A stretch of 64,000 nucleotides of DNA from an uncultured Opitutales bacterium (GTDB lineage: Bacteria > Verrucomicrobiota > Verrucomicrobiia > Opitutales > Intestinicryptomonadaceae): positions 2,130 to 66,129 of the forward strand of contig URJJ01000004.1 of assembly GCA_900548185.1 (NCBI GenBank), written 5' to 3'. Under the pieces are notes generated by a model. That model saw nothing but the letters and a program-made list of their open reading frames with translations. It was not told the DNA's origin and ran no database searches. The position numbers and the translations under genes are program-made. Position 1 is the first letter of the stretch. Every line of letters starts with the position of its first letter. This document shows positions 1 to 8,594 of the stretch, piece by piece.

Positions 1-430
1 CGGCAAGTGCGTGCCGTGCAGGATGGGCACCCAGCATGCGCTCGCCATCCTTGAGCGCATCACTTCGGGCGAGGGCGAGCCGGAGGACATCGAGCGCCTC
101 GAAAAAATCTGCATGACGATGAAGCAGTCGTCGCTTTGCGGCCTGGGCCAGACGGCGCCCAACCCGATTCTTTCAACCCTGAGGTACTTCAAGGACGAAT
201 ATCTGGCCCACATAAACGAGAAGAGGTGCCCGGCGCACGTCTGCCCGGGGCTCGTCCGCTTTTCCATCGACCCGGAGAAGTGCGCGGGATGCACAATGTG
301 CTCGCGCGTGTGCCCGACCGGGGCCGCCCACGGCGAGAGGAAAAGCCCTCATTTAATAGACGCCGAAAAGTGCATATCGTGCTCGGCCTGCTACCAGGCA
401 TGCCGTTTCGGCGCGGTCATGCGAAGCTAA
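1..430 (+). CDS. C-terminal part (5'-truncated by window edge) of NuoF/HydB-like NADH-binding flavoprotein subunit ending in two 4Fe-4S ferredoxin motifs
   Basis: Translation shows the SLCGLGQTAPNPI motif typical of the NuoF 51-kDa family C-terminus. Two CxxCxxCxxxCP clusters follow (CAGCTMCSRVCP, CISCSACYQAC). The ORF is open to the window edge. Confidence 0.7.
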   Translation, partial: GKCVPCRMGTQHALAILERITSGEGEPEDIERLEKICMTMKQSSLCGLGQTAPNPILSTLRYFKDEYLAHINEKRCPAHVCPGLVRFSIDPEKCAGCTMCSRVCPTGAAHGERKSPHLIDAEKCISCSACYQACRFGAVMRS

Positions 431-454
431 CAACAGGCATTATTTCACACTACT

Positions 455-2881
455 ATGAGCAAGATTTATCTCACTATTGACGGGGTTAAGGTCGAGGCCG
501 AACAGGGCATGACCGTGCTTCAGGCCGCCAGAAATGCGGGCCTCTACATCCCGTCGCTGTGCGCCCACAAGGATTTGAGCCCGTACGGGGCATGCAGGCT
601 GTGCGTCGTCGAAATCGACAAGGTTCGCGGAACTCCGACCTCCTGCACGACTCCCGCCGCCGACGGCATGGTGGTCCGCACCGACACCGAACAGCTCAGG
701 ACCCAGCGCAGGCGCACCCTTGAGCTGATGATGAGCGGCCACCCCGCCGCATGCATGAGCTGCGACTCGCGCGAGGAGTGCGAAGTCGTCAAGCCCGAGT
801 CCTCCAAAAGCGGCGTGTCAACCCGCTGCGGCGCGTGCTCCAACCGCCCGGACTGCTCCCTGAGGAAGGTTACGCTCGGCAATTTCACGCGCGAAATGGG
901 CCTTCAGACCATTTACAGCCCCGAAAAAATCGAGCGCGGCGACCCGTTCATCGACCGCGACCACAACCTCTGCGTGCTCTGCGGAATCTGCTTCAGGGTG
1001 TGCGAAAAGGTCCATGAAGGCAGGGGCGCAATCGCCATAATAAACCGAGGCAAGAACGCCAAGGTGGCTTCTGCGTTCGACAAGAGCTGGAGCGTTGAGG
1101 AGTGCACATTCTGCGGGGCGTGCGTCGACGAATGCCCGACCGGATGCCTGACCGACAGGTGGTCGCGCTGGTACGGCAAGGAGGACAGGGTTTCCGAAGG
1201 CGTGTGCCGCCTCTGCCCTGAAAACTGCCGCATAAAAATAAAGACCAAGAACGGCAGGCTGATAGGGGTTGAAAAGGTCTCCCTGAACCCTGCGGATTCC
1301 CTCTGCGCCCTCGGCCGCTTCGGCTACGCGCAGATAGTGAACACCCCCGGGCGCCTCTCCCGCCCGTACGTGCGCCTGAACGGCGAGATGGTCCCCTCCG
1401 ACATCGAGGAGGTCTCCCGGCGCCTGCTTGAAATATTCAGGGGCGCCACCGGGCGCATGCTCATCGCAATCCCCGAAAACTTCTACTACGAGACGCGCCG
1501 CAACTGCCGCGCGCTGGCAAAGAAATTCGGGGCCGACTTCGTGGAGCTTGCCTTCGACGCGGAAAAGCTTCCGGAGGAAATAGCCGCGAAGGCGGCTTCC
1601 GGGGCCTACGGGGCCGCCCTCATCGCCGGGAACTACGTCGATGCGGAGCTGGCCGGCAAGCTCGGGCGCCTCGTCTGCTACGATTTCCTGCCATCCGAAG
1701 CCCAGAAGAAGGCGGAAGTCGTCATCGCCTCGACCCTGCTTGCGGAGGCTGAAGGCTCCACCGTGTTCCCGGACGGCACTGTTGTGGAGGAGGGCGCCGC
1801 AGTCAAAAAGCTCGACGGGCGCCTCTCGCTCAACTCGATATTCGCCCGCCTTTCGGAGCTCGCCCAGGTTGACGCGGCTTCGGGGGATTTCAAGGTGTCA
1901 ATGCGCGAATTCGCCTCCCCCAAAAAGCTTGGCAAGGCCGCAATCCCGGCCCGCTTCTACGGCCGCCTGACGGCGGACCTTGTCCCCGACCTCCAGGCTC
2001 TCGGCCTGCCGTTTACTCCGTCGGCCCCGCAGGACTCCAATTTCGTCCAGGGATTTGAGATTGTGGAAAAGAAGATGCTGGCGCCCAATTTCCACTCCAT
2101 AAAGATAAAGGCCCCCGAAATGGCGAAGTACGCCAAGCCGGGCCAGTTCGCCATCCTCATGGCCAACGTGAAAAGCGAGAGGTCCCCGTTTACAATCGCC
2201 GACTGGAATGCGGACGAGGGCTGGGTGCAGTTTGTCATAGAGGAGGTCGGCCGCTCCAGCGCCGAACTCGGCAGGCTCAAGACCGGGGACTTCATCGCAA
2301 ACGCAAGCGGCCCGCTCGGGACCCCGTTTGACTTTGAAAAGTTCAAGCCCGGCTCAAGCGCCCTGCTTCTCGGCGGGTGCTACGGAATTGCCGCCATCTA
2401 CCCGATTGCCCGCGAGCTGAAGAGGCGCGGCGTGAGGGTGTGCGCGGCGATAGAGGCTTCGACTGCGTTTCTAATCTACTTTGAGCGCGAGCTCCGCGCG
2501 GTCTGCGACGAGCTCGTGGTCATGACCCGCGACGGCACCAGGGGCCGCAAGGGCGGATGCTCCGACGTTTACGCCGAACGCGGGGCCGAGTTCGACGCGG
2601 CGGTGAGCGTCGGGTGCGTGTTCATGATGAAGCAGTGCTCTCGCTCTGCGGAAAAGACGGGAATTTCGCTCTGCGCGCTGAACCCCATCATGGTTGACGG
2701 CACGGGCATGTGCGGCGCCTGCCGTGTGAGCGTCGGGGGCGAGACGAAGTTCGCGTGCGTCGACGGCCCGTTCTTCGACCTCGGCAACGTGGATTTCGAC
2801 GAGCTGGCAAAGAGGCGCACCGCCTACGCCCTGCTTGAAATAGAGGCCATGCCGCGCCATTCGGGCGGATGCCGCAAATAA
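455..2881 (+). CDS. Fusion protein: NuoG/HydA-like N-terminal Fe-S module (2Fe-2S plus 4Fe-4S clusters and a truncated molybdopterin-oxidoreductase-like region) joined to a C-terminal PyrK/NfnA-like FAD/NAD(P)-binding domain with a 2Fe-2S cluster
   Basis: The N-terminus IDGVKVEAEQGMTVLQAARNAGLYIPSLCAHKDLSPYGACRLCVVEI is a NuoG-type 2Fe-2S ferredoxin. CVLCGICFRVCE and CTFCGACVDECP are 4Fe-4S motifs. The C-terminal ~280 aa (FAILMANVKSERSPFTIADW...CGACRVSVGGETKFACVDGPFF) resemble the dihydroorotate dehydrogenase electron-transfer subunit / sulfide dehydrogenase / NfnA. Confidence 0.75.
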   Translation: MSKIYLTIDGVKVEAEQGMTVLQAARNAGLYIPSLCAHKDLSPYGACRLCVVEIDKVRGTPTSCTTPAADGMVVRTDTEQLRTQRRRTLELMMSGHPAACMSCDSREECEVVKPESSKSGVSTRCGACSNRPDCSLRKVTLGNFTREMGLQTIYSPEKIERGDPFIDRDHNLCVLCGICFRVCEKVHEGRGAIAIINRGKNAKVASAFDKSWSVEECTFCGACVDECPTGCLTDRWSRWYGKEDRVSEGVCRLCPENCRIKIKTKNGRLIGVEKVSLNPADSLCALGRFGYAQIVNTPGRLSRPYVRLNGEMVPSDIEEVSRRLLEIFRGATGRMLIAIPENFYYETRRNCRALAKKFGADFVELAFDAEKLPEEIAAKAASGAYGAALIAGNYVDAELAGKLGRLVCYDFLPSEAQKKAEVVIASTLLAEAEGSTVFPDGTVVEEGAAVKKLDGRLSLNSIFARLSELAQVDAASGDFKVSMREFASPKKLGKAAIPARFYGRLTADLVPDLQALGLPFTPSAPQDSNFVQGFEIVEKKMLAPNFHSIKIKAPEMAKYAKPGQFAILMANVKSERSPFTIADWNADEGWVQFVIEEVGRSSAELGRLKTGDFIANASGPLGTPFDFEKFKPGSSALLLGGCYGIAAIYPIARELKRRGVRVCAAIEASTAFLIYFERELRAVCDELVVMTRDGTRGRKGGCSDVYAERGAEFDAAVSVGCVFMMKQCSRSAEKTGISLCALNPIMVDGTGMCGACRVSVGGETKFACVDGPFFDLGNVDFDELAKRRTAYALLEIEAMPRHSGGCRK

Positions 2882-2899
2882 TTTAGCGAGGTTTTTGCA

Positions 2900-4351
2900 A
2901 TGTCAGAAAGTACTCCGAAAAAACTCAAAGCCTCCGGCCTTCCGCGCCATCCGATGCCGGAGCAGAACCCCAAGAAGCGCGCGGCGAATTTCGAGGAAGT
3001 CCCCTACGGCTACTCGCTGGAAGTTGCAATGGAGGAGGCCACAAGGTGCCTGCGCTGCCCGAAGCCGCGCTGCGTGAAGGCCTGCCCGGTCAACATCAAC
3101 ATCCCGAATTTCATAGATTCGATAGCCCGCGGCGAAATAGCGGAAGCCGCCTCGAAACTCAAGAAGCAGAGCGCCCTTTCCGCCGTGTGCGGAAGGGTGT
3201 GCCCGCAGGAGATGCAGTGCGAGGGCTCGTGCATCCTTGGCATAAAGTCGAAGCCAGTCGCAATCGGCGCCCTTGAGCGTTTCGCGGCCGACTACGTGCG
3301 CCAGAACAACCTTGAGGAGCCGCCTGTCAAGGCGCCCCCCACGGGGAAGAAGGCGGCCGTCATCGGCTGCGGGCCGGCGGGGATTACCGCGGCGCTGGAG
3401 CTGGCTCTCGCGGGCCACGAGGTGGACGTATTCGAGGGCCTGCACTTCCCGGGCGGGGTGCTCATGTATGGCATCCCCCAGTTCAGGCTTCCGAAGGAGA
3501 TAGTCCTGCACGAGGTGAACAACTTGAAAAGCCTCGGGGTCAACATACACTTGAACCACCTCGTTGGCAAGATGCAGACGGTGGACGAGCTTCTCGCCTC
3601 CGGATACGACGCGGTCTTCATCGGTTCCGGCGCCGGCCTTCCGAACTTCATGGGCATTCCCGGTGAAAACAGCGTGGGCGTGTTCTCGGCGAACGAATTT
3701 CTTACTCGCTTCAACCTGATGAAGGCGTACGACTTCCCGAATTTCGGCACGACGCCCATCCGCGCAAAGCACATAGTTACGGTCGGCGGCGGCAACGTCG
3801 CCATGGACTCCGCGCGCACCGCGCTGAGGGCCGGCGCCAAATCGACGCTGGTCTACCGCAGGGCGCGCGAACAGATGCCGGCGCGTTCCGAGGAGGTCCA
3901 CCACGCGGAGCAGGAAGGCGTGAATTTCGAGCTTCTCACAGCCCCCAAGCGCGTCATCGCGGACGAAAACTCGCGCGTGGTAGGCCTTGAATGCGTGCGC
4001 ATGCAGCTCACCGAGCCCGACGAATCCGGAAGGCGCGGCGTAGTTGAAATTCCGGGCAGCGAATTTGTGCTGGAATGCGACGCCGTTGTGGCCGCCATCG
4101 GCAACCGACCGAACCCGCTCATCCCCATGACCTGCAAGAACCTGAAAACCACCCGCAAGGGGACGCTCGAGGTGAATCCGGACACGCTCCAGACTTCCAT
4201 GCCTGGGGTCTTTGCGGGCGGCGACGTCGTAAGCGGGGCGGCGACTGTCATAAGCGCCATGGGCCAGGCCAAGAAGGCTGCGGCGTCAATGAACAGGTAT
4301 CTGCGCGGGGAAACTCTCGATGAGCCGGCGTCGGATTCTGATAAGCAATGA
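2900..4351 (+). CDS. Glutamate synthase small-subunit-like NAD(P)H oxidoreductase (GltD/NfnB/SudA family)
   Basis: Two N-terminal Cys clusters are present (CLRCPKPRCVKACPV...CGRVCPQEMQCEGSC). A Rossmann motif AAVIGCGPAGITAA and FAD/NADPH-binding regions typical of GltD/NfnB follow. Confidence 0.85.
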   Translation: MSESTPKKLKASGLPRHPMPEQNPKKRAANFEEVPYGYSLEVAMEEATRCLRCPKPRCVKACPVNINIPNFIDSIARGEIAEAASKLKKQSALSAVCGRVCPQEMQCEGSCILGIKSKPVAIGALERFAADYVRQNNLEEPPVKAPPTGKKAAVIGCGPAGITAALELALAGHEVDVFEGLHFPGGVLMYGIPQFRLPKEIVLHEVNNLKSLGVNIHLNHLVGKMQTVDELLASGYDAVFIGSGAGLPNFMGIPGENSVGVFSANEFLTRFNLMKAYDFPNFGTTPIRAKHIVTVGGGNVAMDSARTALRAGAKSTLVYRRAREQMPARSEEVHHAEQEGVNFELLTAPKRVIADENSRVVGLECVRMQLTEPDESGRRGVVEIPGSEFVLECDAVVAAIGNRPNPLIPMTCKNLKTTRKGTLEVNPDTLQTSMPGVFAGGDVVSGAATVISAMGQAKKAAASMNRYLRGETLDEPASDSDKQ

Positions 4352-5093
4352 CGACGGGATAGGGTCCCCGTTCGCGGCGCGCTTTCTCGGCGCCTTCGCG
4401 GATGCGGGATTCGACGCCCTTGCGGTGTTTCCCGCGTCCGAGCAGAGCTGGATAGGGCGGGCGTACAGCCGCCACCGCAGGCTCAGCCTGGCGGACGCCG
4501 GCGCCATTTCGGGCGTCCGGGTTATGACGGTTGACGGAACGCCGTCGGACTGCGTGAATATCGCGCTCGGCCACCTCTTTGAAGGCGGCCTTCCCGACGC
4601 CGTGGTTTCCGGCATAAACATAGGCCAGAACATAGGGCTTCCGCTTTTGTGGAGTTCGGGGACGTTTGCGGCGGCCGCCGAAGGGGCCGGCTGGGGGCTG
4701 CCGTCCTTTGCGTTTTCCCTCCAGCTTGCGTCGGAGTATTACGAAATCTGCCGCATCCGCCATGCGCCCCCTCCGCCCGCCCTCGATGCGGTTTTGGGGG
4801 CGGCGTGCGCTCATGCGGCCTCATTTGTGCTGGAACGGCTGGATGCCGGGGAAGGCCGGGAGGGTAGCGTGCACAATGTAAACTACCCGCTCGACTATTG
4901 CGCATCGACCGAATTTTCCGCCTGCGAGCCCGCATCCGTCGGCATGAGGCCGCTTTACAGGAGGTCTCCTGACGGCGGTTTTGAATTCAAGTACTCCATA
5001 GGGGAGGGCGTTTCGCGTTCGGGGCTGCGCACAGACATGCAGTGCCTCGCCGAATCTGCGGCCTGTTTTTCGATTGTGAAAGTGGTGCCGTGA
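4320..5093 (+). CDS. surE: 5'/3'-nucleotidase SurE
   Basis: The N-terminus RILISNDDGIGSP and the VSGINIGQN motif are characteristic of SurE. The gene overlaps the end of the preceding gene by 32 nt. Confidence 0.85.
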   Translation: MSRRRILISNDDGIGSPFAARFLGAFADAGFDALAVFPASEQSWIGRAYSRHRRLSLADAGAISGVRVMTVDGTPSDCVNIALGHLFEGGLPDAVVSGINIGQNIGLPLLWSSGTFAAAAEGAGWGLPSFAFSLQLASEYYEICRIRHAPPPPALDAVLGAACAHAASFVLERLDAGEGREGSVHNVNYPLDYCASTEFSACEPASVGMRPLYRRSPDGGFEFKYSIGEGVSRSGLRTDMQCLAESAACFSIVKVVP

Positions 5094-5099
5094 GCCCCT

Positions 5100-5846
5100 T
5101 TGACGCATGAAATGGCGCGCGCCGTCCGCATCGCAGGCAAAATTCTCGACGCAGTGTTTCCGCGCCACTGCATCACCTGCGGCGCGCCGAATCCGCCTGG
5201 AAAGTTCAGGTACCTCTGCGGGGAGTGCGCGTCCGGCCCGTTCGCGCACCAGGCGGCCCGGTGCAGGCGGTGCGCGGAAATCGTCGGCGGGAGCGTCGAT
5301 GTTTCCGGATGCGCCAAGTGCGACGGGGCGGATTTCTTTTTCAGCGCAGCGAAGGTCGCATGCGAGTATGCGTCTTCGGGCCGCGACCTCGTCCTTGAGC
5401 TGAAGTATCGCGGGGGCCTGCATGTGGCGCGGGACATGGCGGCGATTTGTTCGGCGTCTGCCGGATTTGCGGAATATTTCCGGGGCGCCGTGCTCGTCCC
5501 CGTCCCGCTTCACCGCTCCAGGCTGCGCTCGAGGGGCTACAACCAAAGCGAGGTGCTCTGCCGGGAAATCGCGCGCGCAAATCCCGGCCTAGGAATCGAG
5601 GTTTCGAGGATTCTTGAGCGCAGAAAGGCGACCGGCACGCAGACTGCGCTGACGCGCGATGAAAGGGCGGCCAACGTCAGGGGCGCCTTCTCGCTCTCGG
5701 CAAGATGTTCGGCTTCAAGGGACGCTCATCTCATCGTGGTGGACGACGTAATGACAAGCGGGGCGACCTTGAACGAGTGCGCGAAGGTTCTCAGGCGGGC
5801 CGGATTTTCCAGTGTGCGCGTCTTTGCGTTTGCAAGGAGGTCGTAG
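5100..5846 (+). CDS. comF: ComF-family protein (phosphoribosyltransferase domain)
   Basis: An N-terminal Cys-rich zinc-finger-like region (CITCG...CGEC...CRRC) is followed by the C-terminal PRTase motif LIVVDDVMTSGATL. Confidence 0.8.
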   Translation: MTHEMARAVRIAGKILDAVFPRHCITCGAPNPPGKFRYLCGECASGPFAHQAARCRRCAEIVGGSVDVSGCAKCDGADFFFSAAKVACEYASSGRDLVLELKYRGGLHVARDMAAICSASAGFAEYFRGAVLVPVPLHRSRLRSRGYNQSEVLCREIARANPGLGIEVSRILERRKATGTQTALTRDERAANVRGAFSLSARCSASRDAHLIVVDDVMTSGATLNECAKVLRRAGFSSVRVFAFARRS

Positions 5847-5916
5847 CGGTTGCGCCTGCGGGGGGCTTTGGGATTTTTTCGTTGAAAACCGGGCGCGCGG
5901 CGGATTTAGTTTGGGA

Positions 5917-6312
5917 ATGAAGAAAATCTGTTCAGCCTTTGCCGTTTTGTGCTCGCTTTACCTTTGCGGATGCTCATCCATGTTCGACTCCTCAAAGAGG
6001 CATATGCTCCGCCTCGAAGATTCGTCCGCAGAGTGCAGGGTGGGGGATTTTGTCATCGTGAGCCTCGATTCAAACCCGACTACGGGGTACGATTGGACTC
6101 CCGTATCCTATGACGAATCCGTGCTTAAAATCGACGGGCGCAGGTTCATTCCGGCCCGCAGGGGCCTCGTGGGTTCCGGGGGGACGACTGAAATTTCGTT
6201 CTTGGCAGTCGGCGAAGGGAATTCAAAGATAAAGCTCGGCTATGCCCGCCCGTGGGAATCTAAGCCTGCGATAAAGGAAGCCAATTACGACGTAAAAGTC
6301 GTATCCGAATAG
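5917..6312 (+). CDS. Chagasin-family (MEROPS I42) cysteine-peptidase inhibitor, exported lipoprotein
   Basis: An internal ATG at 5917 gives MKKICSAFAVLCSLYLCGCSS, a signal peptide with a lipobox. The body contains NPTTGYDW and GSGGT motifs typical of chagasin/ICP. Confidence 0.7.
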   Translation: MKKICSAFAVLCSLYLCGCSSMFDSSKRHMLRLEDSSAECRVGDFVIVSLDSNPTTGYDWTPVSYDESVLKIDGRRFIPARRGLVGSGGTTEISFLAVGEGNSKIKLGYARPWESKPAIKEANYDVKVVSE

Positions 6313-6639
6313 TTTTGCAGGGCCTGCTGATTTGGCCGGAAAATGGCCGCGCAAAATAAGGGCGTTTTATGAACCCGAATTTGCGCGGCTTTTTTTGCTT
6401 CTTTTTTCGCGCTTCAATGCCGGGCGAAGATGAGGGGCGTAAAAGCAATTTTAGAAGTCGGATTCAGGAAGCTTCACCGCAGGCTTGCGGTTTTTTTAGC
6501 GGGATGCGGAGTGGGGGCATATGTTCTGCGGAGGGGCGGAAGCCCGCCTATTTGAGTGGGTATGTCATGCGATTTTTTATAATGCCTGGAATGGTGCCTG
6601 ATATGAGAGCGGCCGCAACCGCGAGCGCCTCGTGGCATT

Positions 6640-6980
6640 GCAAACCTCGCCACGGTAGAGTTTGCAACGCACCCGGACTATCCCTTCCGTCCCTAGGCAG
6701 ACGGTGTCCGCGCCGCGCGAAAAATATGACGCTCAAACTTCTTTTCAAAGCCCTTGCAAGTCCGTTGCAGAGGCTCTTTTTTTAATCCGGCGTGCGCGAT
6801 TGCGGGCTGGGCGCAAAACTCGAAGCTGGATGAAAAACATTTACAAATCTTACTTCATTTGAGGGTGTCGGCGCAAAAAGTTTCCGGAGTCAAATCCTGC
6901 TGCCAAATTTGCCCCAACGTCTTTAATTTCCCATTGTCCCCCGGCATTTCCAGTTTCAAATCCAATCTTTCAAACATCAT
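6640..6980 (+). repeat. Copy 1 of an AT-rich ~340 bp dispersed intergenic repeat (second copy at 37633-37975, same orientation); possible ncRNA or MITE
   Basis: Direct alignment by eye with 37633-37975 gives about 80% identity with small indels. The element begins with the hairpin ttgcaaacctcgccacggtagagtttgcaa. It is AT-rich relative to the flanking sequence. Confidence 0.6.
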
Positions 6981-7182
6981 TGGATTTGAAGCGCTCAGGC
7001 TGTCCGCGCGAATCGGGAGCTTCCGCCCTCTTAAAGCCATGTATGGCCGCCGCACTTTGCGGATGGGGTGGGATAACGCGGCCGCCTGCCTTTTGCGCGC
7101 GCCGGCATGTTTTTTCAAAGGCAAATTTTGGCGGCGCGCTTGTAAAACCAAAGCTGCGCCTTGCTCTGCCGCCGCATCGCGG

Positions 7183-7212
7183 CAAAAAAATGGGGGCGGA
7201 AAATTCCGCCCC
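7183..7212 (-). terminator. Rho-independent terminator downstream of ferritin gene (minus strand)
   Basis: On the minus strand the hairpin ggggcggaa-tt-ttccgcccc is followed by TTTTTTT. It lies about 70 nt after the ferritin stop. Confidence 0.55.
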
Positions 7213-7279
7213 GCAAGTTTTCGGAGTATGGCGTTATGCCGCAGCGTTCCCCGATACGCTTTGGAATGCTGCCCGTAGG

Positions 7280-7777
7280 CTATTCGCCGCGCTTTCCGGC
7301 CCAGTTGTTGACGCCGAAAATCAGATTCTTGTCGTCTCCGGCGTATTCCAAACCGCGCACGAAGGCGAGGGCCGTATGCTCTTCCTCCGCCTGCTCCTTC
7401 AAAAACCACGACATGAAATCGGCCGTGACCCAGTCCTTTTCGTCGTTTGCAAGTTCGTAGATTTTGGTTATCTGGGAGGTTACGAGCTGCTCGTGGGCGT
7501 AGGCTGCCTTGAAGGCTTCAAGAGGGCTTTCAAAAGAGTCTTTGGCGGGCTTTTTCACGGCGTCGGTGGCAAAGGGCGCGTCACGCTCCGAAATGAAGTC
7601 GTAAATTTTCATTGCGTGCTCCATCTCTTCCTTGGCCTGGAGGCGCATCCACTTTGAAAATCCCTGGTAGGGGGAACGCTTGAAAAACGCGCTCATCGCA
7701 AAATATATGTGCGAGGCGTAGAGTTCGTTGTAGAACTGTTCGTTTAGAAGTTTGAGGACGTTTGATGGTATTGTCAT
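7280..7777 (-). CDS. ftn: Non-heme ferritin
   Basis: 165 aa. Ferritin-like di-iron ligands and the overall fold signature are present (EEMEHAMKIYDFI, AYAHEQLVTSQ). The match to bacterial Ftn is strong. Confidence 0.9.
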   Translation of the reverse strand: MTIPSNVLKLLNEQFYNELYASHIYFAMSAFFKRSPYQGFSKWMRLQAKEEMEHAMKIYDFISERDAPFATDAVKKPAKDSFESPLEAFKAAYAHEQLVTSQITKIYELANDEKDWVTADFMSWFLKEQAEEEHTALAFVRGLEYAGDDKNLIFGVNNWAGKRGE

Positions 7778-7795
7778 GTCGTTTTTTTGAGGGTT

Positions 7796-7814
7796 AATAA
7801 TGATAATGGTTATT
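7796..7814. promoter_or_regulatory. Fur-box-like palindrome in ferritin promoter
   Basis: aataatgataatggttatt matches about 15 of 19 positions of the Fur consensus GATAATGATAATCATTATC. It lies 20-40 bp upstream of the ferritin start codon (7777, minus strand) in an AT-rich promoter region. Confidence 0.5.
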
Positions 7815-8067
7815 GCAAGTTTTCAGGAAAAATTCAAATGTTTTTTGCCGTGAAAATGCCGCGTTTCGTGTGGAACGGTCGTGATAGCGCATGCGGCGCG
7901 GGCGTGAAACCTATAAGGATTTTCGGCGTTTGCATGGGATTTCTGAAGCGGCGCGCCATTTTTTTAACGGTTCTTTTCTTCGGATACCGGAGCAAATGCA
8001 GGGTGCGGGCTGACGGATTTTGGTGCAAGTGTCCGGAGCTATGGAAGATAGGTTGGCTTTTAAAATT

Positions 8068-8111
8068 TTGAAAAAAATGCTTGCATTTGCCGCCCCAATG
8101 AGCATGATAAA
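8068..8111 (+). promoter_or_regulatory. Putative sigma70-type promoter with upstream A-tract for tRNA-Arg
   Basis: The sequence TTGAAAAAAATGCTTGCAT contains a -35 TTGCAT, then a 17-nt spacer and ATGATA as the -10. It lies about 20 nt upstream of the tRNA. The same A-tract/-35 motif recurs at 8521. Confidence 0.35.
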
Positions 8112-8131
8112 AAGCTTTATTAAATGGCATT

Positions 8132-8208
8132 GCGCCCGTAGCTCAATTGGATAGAGCATCTGACTACGGATCAGAAGGTTACAGGTTCGACTCCTGTTGG
8201 GCGCGCCA
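8132..8208 (+). tRNA. tRNA-Arg (anticodon ACG)
   Basis: Manual cloverleaf. Acceptor GCGCCCG/TGGGCGC; D-arm GCTC-AATTGGATA-GAGC; anticodon stem TCTGA/TCAGA with loop CTACGGA (anticodon ACG); T-arm ACAGG-TTCGACT-CCTGT; encoded CCA. Confidence 0.9.
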
Positions 8209-8520
8209 TTTTTTTATTTTCTTAGCCCCGGATTTCGGGGCTTTTTTTGCGTCGTTTTCAAGCTCGGGGAGGGACGCGGCGGCGCAGGCGTCGGATGCGG
8301 CTTTGGCGCGTCCCGGCCGGAGCGGCATCTCGCGCGGCTTTGTCTGTGTGCATCCTGCCGAAATCCTGGCCTTCTTACGGAATGCGCGTTGGGGCTTGGC
8401 GGTCTTTAAGAGGCGTTTTATTCTTCTGCGCGGCGCCGCCGCCCGGCATGTGCGTTTGCGGATTTTCGCACTTGCGGGTTTTGGCACAGGCTTTTCGGGT
8501 ATTTTATGCAATACAAATAA

Positions 8521-8562
8521 TTGAAAAAAATGCTTGCGTCCCGGAATCGGCGTGGCAATATT
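8521..8562 (+). promoter_or_regulatory. Putative promoter for rpsR sharing the TTGAAAAAAATGCTTGC motif
   Basis: TTGAAAAAAATGCTTGCGT contains a -35 TTGCGT, then a 17-nt spacer and -10 AATATT. It lies 33 nt before the rpsR start. The 17-mer is identical to the one upstream of tRNA-Arg. Confidence 0.35.
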
Positions 8563-8594
8563 TCAATCTTTAAATTTAAAAACTGCAATTTAAC

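Noticed and set aside
2903-3904. 333-aa minus-strand ORF antisense to the gltD/nfnB-like gene
   Set aside because: The sense strand carries clear GltD motifs. The antisense ORF is Arg/Ala-rich without motifs.
8130-8210. Integrase or genomic island adjacent to tRNA-Arg or tRNA-Cys
   Set aside because: No integrase, transposase or direct-repeat att-like duplications of the tRNA 3' ends were found within the window. Only the 340-bp repeat lies near tRNA-Cys.
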